Of a stretch of 22,139 nucleotides of DNA, positions 16,480-22,139 are shown in pieces. Within the stretch, counting starts at the first letter, position 1. Each line of letters starts with the position of its first letter. Under the pieces are notes generated by a model. The model was not told where the DNA came from, did no database searches, and worked only from the letters and a program-made list of their open reading frames with translations. A program made the translations under genes and the position numbers. Origin of the DNA: an uncultured archaeon (GTDB taxonomy: Archaea; Asgardarchaeota; Lokiarchaeia; Sigyniarchaeales; Promethearchaeaceae); the NCBI GenBank assembly GCA_964426185.1, contig CAYRPF010000055.1, forward strand, positions 1 through 22,139, written 5' to 3'.

Positions 16480-17325
16480 ATGGGGAATGGAATGCCAAGT
16501 GTGGTTGTTTACACCAAATCTAACTGTCAGCGTTGCCATCATTTAACCCAATGGTTGCAACTCCATGCAATTTCTTTTTCGGAAAAATCTCTTGATGATC
16601 CCATCACTTTTTCGCAAATTTCTAAAGATCCCAACTATACAAATGAACATTGTAAAAAAACACCCTGCAAAATCTATCCACCTGTAATTTATTTCCCAGA
16701 AACTCAAAAATATATACAAAACAAATTATTCAACATCAATGGGTTGCGAACGGATTATCTTTCCCGACTTCTTCAAGTTCAACACATTTCCACCCATTCT
16801 CCACCAGAAACCAGGAATCCACTATCCTTCACGCCGAAATTATGCGCGAACGAATTAGTGCAAAAATTACTCCAGAAATATATCTTGGCAATTGGAATTT
16901 CTCGAATAGGAGGAGATATGCTTTATTGCATACAAATTGATAAATCTTTAAATTTAGACTTGATATCTCAATTTATCTGCGCGTTATCTATGTTTGGGGA
17001 AGAGAATTTAGGAAAAATTGACCGGATATTAATCCAAGGTCTAAAAATCGAAATGAGTATGGTGACGCGCTATGAATTAATCTTTTTTGTCTTGTTCCGC
17101 GCTCATATGGTACAAGATCATTTGGATGAAGAATCTACTAAATGTTTGAAGAAGTTCTACTCGCAATTTCGTCATGACATAGAAGCAAAGCATACGAACC
17201 GAGTTCTATATGAAAGTTTTGACAAAGAAATGTGCTTAAGTATTCAGAATTATTTAGTGAGGATTGGTGTTTTAGAATGTGTCGATTGTTCTTTAGAAAT
17301 TCCTATCCTACGGGAACGGAAATAG
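16480..17325 (+). CDS. Glutaredoxin/NrdH-like CxxC domain fused to a longin-like domain
   Basis: VVVYTKSNCQRCHHLTQWL and IYPPVI (cis-Pro region); Pro/Ser/Thr linker; longin-type LISQFICALSMFGEENLGKIDRILIQG; C-terminal CVDC. The start may be 16492. Confidence 0.65.
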   Translation: MGNGMPSVVVYTKSNCQRCHHLTQWLQLHAISFSEKSLDDPITFSQISKDPNYTNEHCKKTPCKIYPPVIYFPETQKYIQNKLFNINGLRTDYLSRLLQVQHISTHSPPETRNPLSFTPKLCANELVQKLLQKYILAIGISRIGGDMLYCIQIDKSLNLDLISQFICALSMFGEENLGKIDRILIQGLKIEMSMVTRYELIFFVLFRAHMVQDHLDEESTKCLKKFYSQFRHDIEAKHTNRVLYESFDKEMCLSIQNYLVRIGVLECVDCSLEIPILRERK

Positions 17326-17384
17326 AAACAACCCAAAATCTTTTTATTTCATAGGATCTTCTTAACCTTATCTGATTTCAGTTA

Positions 17385-17481
17385 GGGCTCATTGTATAGT
17401 GGTTATAGGAAATTAAAAATTTCTGACCAATACGCCTGCTTGACGTGCAGGAGGTCTCCAGTTCAATCCTGGATGAGCCCA
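17385..17481 (+). tRNA. tRNA-Val(GAC) with a 24-nt intron in the D-arm
   Basis: Acceptor stem GGGCTCA/TGAGCCC, anticodon arm CCTGC-TT-GAC-GT-GCAGG (anticodon 17442-17444), T-arm TCCAG-TTCAATC-CTGGA, discriminator A, CCA not encoded; 73 nt after splicing. Confidence 0.95.
17407..17430 (+). other. Non-canonical tRNA intron (position 22/23) with a strict BHB motif
   Basis: Central 4-bp helix GGTT/GACC, 3-nt bulges ATA and AAT, inner stem GGAAATT-AAA-AATTTCT, outer pair GT/AC. Confidence 0.88.
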
Positions 17482-17630
17482 TTCTTTCTTTTAATATAAA
17501 CAACAGATTTAATTTTGTTTAACCAATTTTTACTCTTTAGAGTTATTTTTCATTTTAATACTAAAGCAAAAAAATAAGAAGGACTTCAACCAAATTTTGA
17601 ACTACAGAAAAAAAATAGGTAGAATATCTA

Positions 17631-20462
17631 ATGAAAAATTTCGTAAAAATTGCTCAAGAATTACTTGACTTAGAAGAATTTTCCGCTGATTGTTATGAAC
17701 TCTTATTAATCAAAGGAAAATTAACAGTTGGAGAAATATGTGCCTATAAAAAGCTAGATGAAGAATCAGAATACAACCATGTTCTAGAAGTTTTAAATAA
17801 TCTAGTAGCCAAGGGATTGGCTCAAAAGATTCCAAAAGCAAAAGGATTAATAGATGTATACATAGGAATTGCACCATTTGAAGGATTTACCATAAAACTT
17901 CATGAATTATCAAGTCAAATGATGAAAAATCGAAAATATGTTGAGAAAGGAATTGAAGAATTACGAGATACTACAAAAACAACCATAGATACTGTAAAAA
18001 ACGATATAGAGGGAATTCTTGGAGAAAAAGCACAAGAAATAAAAGATTTATCCCAAAAACAAGCAGAGAACATCTCATCTGCAGTTGAATCCACTATATC
18101 AGAGTTGGAATCCAGAAAAAATTCACATATCTCCGCAATCCAATCCAATATGGCAAAATCAAAGGCGGATTTAGAAGAAAGTTTAACAAAGTTGACTCAA
18201 GATTCTTTAGGAGCAATCGAGAAAACACAAACTGAAACTATCCAATTTACAGAAGAAAACAAAAATTCATTGATTAACGGAATCAAAGAAAAAGATGGAA
18301 TAATGCAAGCTCATTTTGAAGAAGAAAAGAACAATTATCAAGAATCCTTACAAGGAACCTCAGAATCTATAATCAAACTGCATTCGATAAATGTAAATAA
18401 AATTTCCGAAAATGTCGACCTTTGGCACCAGCAAATTTTGACCAGCTTAGATAAGATGGAGCAAGATACCATCATTTTCACTGATAAATTCGAAAAAGAA
18501 GCGATTAACACTTTAGAGCAAGGATTAAAAACTGCAGTTTCTGAAGTTAACAATCAAAAAGATACAGCAATTGCAGGTATTACGAAATCTTCTAAAAATG
18601 CTACCGAAAAAATTGAAAATCAGATTAATGATAATCTCTCCAAAATCCAGACAGTTTTACAAGAAAATTTTACTCAAATATCCACTAAAATGGAAGATAA
18701 TGATGCAAAATTTGCAGAAAAGATCAACACGACTTTAGGAAAAATCAAGAATTCAATTGACACCCATGAAACAGAATTTAAAGAATCGGTAGAGAAAGAT
18801 TCTGAAAACTTGACATCAACCCTAGAAAAATCAGTGGATTCCTTTGAAAATCAAATTATTAATCAGAAAGGCACATTGTCAAGAAGTTTTGATAATAATT
18901 TTTCCCAACTATCACAAGAATTGGATGAAATGATTGCTAAAATTCAAGAAGTTGGTGAACAGCAAAAAGGGGTGCTAAATTCTACCATGGAATCTATCAA
19001 GGAACAAATGGAAACCCAAACCACTCAACTTATATCTACGGCTAGAAATGCAGTGACGAACTTTAATTCAGTTTTGTCGGAGAAATCAGAACAATTTCTA
19101 TCAGAACTTTCCAAAAGGGTGTCAGAATTCGACTCAAAGATTGCCACGGAATCAAGCCAAGTCTTGGAAACTTCGAAGCAAAACACCAACGAAATTTTGT
19201 CCAGTATTAAATCTACGAATCATATAATCCATTCTCAGTTTTCGAACACTCAAAATTCATTTTTAGCAGAATTTCGCACAGAATTTGAAAACTTAATGAG
19301 TTCTTTTACGAAGGAACTACAAAGCGAAGTCAAATCATTTGAATCAGGCTTAGCTAACGCTGTTTTAGGAATGAATAAGGAAATTCAGACTGTTTCAAAG
19401 ACGGTTAAAAGTAGTACGGGCAAAATTAAGGTAAACAATATTAAAAATGTCAAAAAGGAAATCGATTCTTTCAAAACCACTTTATCAGATGGTACCAAAA
19501 CTATGAAGCGGGAAATTGCTGCCACCATTGAAACAAGCGTTCAAAAAGAAAATATTTCCGCCGATAAAAACAAAAAAGCCATATCAGAAACGCTACAACA
19601 AAACATTGGCGCAATCGATCGCGGTTATGAAGAAAATAAGAAAATTATTGAATCCTTGGCAACCAGTTTAACCGAAAATCTGCAACAAACATCAGATAAG
19701 ATTGGAAAATTCACCAACAGCATGCTTTCTGAAACTGAAACATCAATTTCCGAATCAACTCAACAATTTGCTTCAGAAATGTCCCAAACAACTAAAAATC
19801 TGCAGAAAAATATGCAGCAGACTTTAAAAACACTGGAAACAAGCTATGAATCGGTAACTAATACGGTGGGGAAACAATCATTAACTGAATATGAAAAAAC
19901 TGGAGAAAAATTCTTCAATGCTGTGGATATGCTTGAAAAAGTGGTTTATAAACCCATCCAATCTTCTATTGAATTGGCAGATAATTACCGCCATGAATTT
20001 GAAACGGTATGGGATGATGTAAAAAACATGGAATTGTTAAAAGCGGAAGGAACTTGGCAAATTGTGACCCAAAATTCTATCATGGCTTTTTTGGACGCCA
20101 TGGTCAAACGAACAAAACTGCATTGTTTAATTGTAGTTCCTGACATGAAATTACTCCCGGTGAAGGCCATTGAATCCACAAATATTCGCCAAAAAATAAC
20201 GATCGCATGTAAAATCACTGATAGAAAATTAGCGGAACACTTAGTGGAGAAAGATAATATCGATTTGCGGGAAGTTTCTGATTTCCCAGTTAATGTGTTC
20301 GGAGCAAATCGAGATCAAGAAGAAGCTTTTTATGGTCCAGTAACAGAGAATTTGAATGAAATGGTTTGCACAATCACCCAACAAGATGAATTAATTAAAG
20401 TAATCGCTGAAATGTTATCCTCATTTTATCGAGGTCGCTCAAAGAAGTTTGTTACTGAATAA
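17631..20462 (+). CDS. TrmB-like protein: winged HTH, about 660-aa hendecad helical rod, and TrmB-type C-terminal domain
   Basis: wHTH YELLLIKGKLTVGEI...VLNNLVAKGLAQK...YIGIAP; about 60 consecutive 11-mers from residue 108; C-terminal TWQIVTQNSIMAFLDAMVKRTKLHCLIVVP resembles the start of the TrmB effector domain. Confidence 0.75.
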   Translation: MKNFVKIAQELLDLEEFSADCYELLLIKGKLTVGEICAYKKLDEESEYNHVLEVLNNLVAKGLAQKIPKAKGLIDVYIGIAPFEGFTIKLHELSSQMMKNRKYVEKGIEELRDTTKTTIDTVKNDIEGILGEKAQEIKDLSQKQAENISSAVESTISELESRKNSHISAIQSNMAKSKADLEESLTKLTQDSLGAIEKTQTETIQFTEENKNSLINGIKEKDGIMQAHFEEEKNNYQESLQGTSESIIKLHSINVNKISENVDLWHQQILTSLDKMEQDTIIFTDKFEKEAINTLEQGLKTAVSEVNNQKDTAIAGITKSSKNATEKIENQINDNLSKIQTVLQENFTQISTKMEDNDAKFAEKINTTLGKIKNSIDTHETEFKESVEKDSENLTSTLEKSVDSFENQIINQKGTLSRSFDNNFSQLSQELDEMIAKIQEVGEQQKGVLNSTMESIKEQMETQTTQLISTARNAVTNFNSVLSEKSEQFLSELSKRVSEFDSKIATESSQVLETSKQNTNEILSSIKSTNHIIHSQFSNTQNSFLAEFRTEFENLMSSFTKELQSEVKSFESGLANAVLGMNKEIQTVSKTVKSSTGKIKVNNIKNVKKEIDSFKTTLSDGTKTMKREIAATIETSVQKENISADKNKKAISETLQQNIGAIDRGYEENKKIIESLATSLTENLQQTSDKIGKFTNSMLSETETSISESTQQFASEMSQTTKNLQKNMQQTLKTLETSYESVTNTVGKQSLTEYEKTGEKFFNAVDMLEKVVYKPIQSSIELADNYRHEFETVWDDVKNMELLKAEGTWQIVTQNSIMAFLDAMVKRTKLHCLIVVPDMKLLPVKAIESTNIRQKITIACKITDRKLAEHLVEKDNIDLREVSDFPVNVFGANRDQEEAFYGPVTENLNEMVCTITQQDELIKVIAEMLSSFYRGRSKKFVTE

Positions 20463-20517
20463 CTTAGCAAATTTTAATTTCTAAGTTGTTTTTTTTTGTT
20501 TTCCATTTTTGTTTTCC
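20461..20517 (+). terminator. Hairpin plus oligo-T terminator of the 943-aa gene
   Basis: AACTTAG-c-AAATT-tt-AATTT-CTAAGTT (20461-20487), followed by G, T9 and a duplicated TTTTTGTTTTCC. Confidence 0.55.
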
Positions 20518-20540
20518 GTTATTCGTTTTATAGTCCATAT

Positions 20541-20610
20541 TCAACTACATTCTTACACATTCAGCATAAATTAAACTAATTTAGCCATCTTCAGCATAAT
20601 TCAGCAAAAT
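20541..20610. repeat. Degenerate 10-bp tandem repeat, seven units, consensus about TCAGCATAAT
   Basis: Units: TCAACTACAT, TCTTACACAT, TCAGCATAAA, TTAAACTAAT, TTAGCCATCT, TCAGCATAAT, TCAGCAAAAT. Confidence 0.55.
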
Positions 20611-20674
20611 TCGGTCTTGAGATACTTGTGTTTCCAAAACCTCAAATATCATGGTTGTTCACTAAATATAGAAG

Positions 20675-21475
20675 ATGAACCTCAAGGCTAACGAGATTAC
20701 TTTGCTGGAGTCATTATCCTTTAGTGCATGGCCAGCCCATGAATTTTCTCTTTTTGATGGCTGGGTTCTTCGATTTGCAGAGGGGTATACTAAGAGATCC
20801 AATTCTGTAAGCCCACTCTATCCTGGAGCCATTCCACTGAATTCCAAAATCGAGTATTGTAGCCACGAGTATACTTCTCGTGGGTTACCTTTGATTTTCA
20901 AACTAACAGATCTACCACACGCCTTGGAAATCGATAAATGGGCAGTAGACAAAGGCTTTGAAAAACTGGATGAGACTAGCGTTCAGACCCTTTCTCTAAT
21001 TAACATCGACCCCATCCTGAAATCTACCCCTCAACGTACTCAAAATATACAATGGAAGCCAACATTAGACAAAAAATGGCTTGACTCGTTTATAGCTTTA
21101 AATCCTCAAAGGGGATTTAACCCAGCGGAGCAGTCAGCAATGGTGGGCATCTTGCAGTCGATCCAACCCCCACACTGGTTTTATCAAATTTATTTGAATG
21201 ATGATGAAAATAATCAATGCGTGGGTGCTGGACTGGGAGTTCTTCAAGTGGGATATTACGGGATCTCCGACATCGTTGTCCACCCCAACCACCGGCGCCA
21301 AGGAATTGCCACTCAATTGATTCAAGGGATGCTATCCCACGCCCGCCAAGAAGGGGGACATACTGCATACTTACAAGTGGTTAAATCAAACGTACCAGCG
21401 GTAGACCTATACGCAAAACTCGGTTTCTCAGAACTTTATCGTTATTGGTACCGTAGGGAGCTTGGAAAACAATAA
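20675..21475 (+). CDS. GNAT family N-acetyltransferase (tandem GNAT type)
   Basis: N-terminal AWPA...DGWVLRFAEGYTKRSNSV; motif A IVVHPNHRRQGIA; motif B AYLQVVKSNVPAVDLYAKLGF; YRYWYR. Confidence 0.92.
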   Translation: MNLKANEITLLESLSFSAWPAHEFSLFDGWVLRFAEGYTKRSNSVSPLYPGAIPLNSKIEYCSHEYTSRGLPLIFKLTDLPHALEIDKWAVDKGFEKLDETSVQTLSLINIDPILKSTPQRTQNIQWKPTLDKKWLDSFIALNPQRGFNPAEQSAMVGILQSIQPPHWFYQIYLNDDENNQCVGAGLGVLQVGYYGISDIVVHPNHRRQGIATQLIQGMLSHARQEGGHTAYLQVVKSNVPAVDLYAKLGFSELYRYWYRRELGKQ

Positions 21476-21552
21476 AAAAGCAATTTCCTTTTCTAATGAA
21501 AAATCAGCTCTAGATAGATTTTTTTCCTTTCCTTATTTTACAATAATTATAA

Positions 21553-22139
21553 ATGTCGGATTTTGGATTAAAAAAACTAGATAAAACCATTCGATTTCTC
21601 CGTTTCCCATCGCAAAATCCAGCCACCATGAAATATTTGGAGAAAACTAAAGGTAATCCCGATATTATTTCAGCCGTTGATGATTCTCCCACTTTTGGTT
21701 TTTTGAAAATTCGCACCCTTCTACAAGAAAGTCCTATTGATCGCATTAAATATCTGAATGTGAAGGAAAATCTAACAGATAAATTTGGATGGAAAGACAT
21801 TTGCTCTGTAATTCGAACATATCCCCAATTTCTGGGAGTCGCCATAGGAGTAATAAAGCAATTTCTTGATTTAAAAGCAAATTCATCCATTACTGAAGAA
21901 TTTTCCAGTAATTTACCATCTTCTGAATTATGGGAACAGTTAGTCAATTATTCTCATAAGAAATGGGGGATACAAAGCATTGGTTTTACCCGAGTCCCCA
22001 AAGAGCTTATTATTCACGGTCGCCATATTCTTTATCCTTATGCTTTAGTGTTAATTGATGAAATGAAAAAGGATCGCATAGATGAGGCACCTCAAGCTAA
22101 AGTAGGGTTTGAAACTATTCGAGGTTATAATCATCTTGG
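21553..22139 (+). CDS. Partial reductive dehalogenase / QueG-like cobalamin and Fe-S protein (runs off the window)
   Basis: Open frame from ATG 21553 to the end of the window (195 codons): MSDFGLKK...WEQLVNYSHKKWGIQSIGFTRVP...YPYALVLIDEMKKDRIDEAP...ETIRGYNHL, matching the RdhA-domain pattern G-xx-xxG...AIV...EM...AP...Y. Fe-S motifs would lie beyond the window. Confidence 0.65.
   Translation, partial: MSDFGLKKLDKTIRFLRFPSQNPATMKYLEKTKGNPDIISAVDDSPTFGFLKIRTLLQESPIDRIKYLNVKENLTDKFGWKDICSVIRTYPQFLGVAIGVIKQFLDLKANSSITEEFSSNLPSSELWEQLVNYSHKKWGIQSIGFTRVPKELIIHGRHILYPYALVLIDEMKKDRIDEAPQAKVGFETIRGYNHL

Noticed and set aside
17385-17630. tRNA as integration site of an island
   Set aside because: No integrase and no duplicate of the tRNA 3' end seen in the window.
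17631-20462. SMC/Rad50, chemoreceptor or phage tape-measure interpretation of the 943-aa protein
   Set aside because: No Walker A/B, hinge or zinc hook, no MCP hairpin signature, no TM helices and no viral genes nearby.
20541-20610. CRISPR array
   Set aside because: Units are 10 bp, contiguous and degenerate, with no spacers or cas genes.
1191-21368. Other short ORFs of 60-89 aa in the track (e.g. 1191-1397, 3570-3839, 17915-18148, 21117-21368)
   Set aside because: All lie wholly or mostly antisense to well-supported genes and show no motifs.
21510-21947. 145-aa minus-strand ORF
   Set aside because: Antisense shadow of the longer RdhA-like frame starting at 21553.

Overview
AT-rich archaeal chromosomal segment, most likely from an Asgard archaeon (Lokiarchaeia-like). 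This is inferred from two longin-like proteins, a PCNA PIP-box on DinB, a tRNA intron with a bulge-helix-bulge (BHB) motif, GGTGA-type ribosome-binding sites and an RdhA-like gene. Gene order: sulfotransferase, dinB, PAS-HisKA-HATPase-REC hybrid kinase with a lost G2 box, iorA-iorB-panE-like operon, membrane-anchored alpha/alpha-toroid protein, 46-codon larB-like remnant, stand-alone 7TM protein, GNAT-like protein, longin-like protein, SsuA/TauA-type ABC importer with an RHH regulator, glutaredoxin-longin fusion, tRNA-Val(GAC) with a D-arm intron, 943-aa TrmB-like protein, tandem GNAT, and a truncated RdhA/QueG-like gene. The most striking item is the TrmB-like protein, whose short dimerisation helix is replaced by about 60 uninterrupted 11-residue (hendecad) repeats. 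No mobile element or CRISPR array was seen. All family calls come from motif recognition by eye; no database searches were run.
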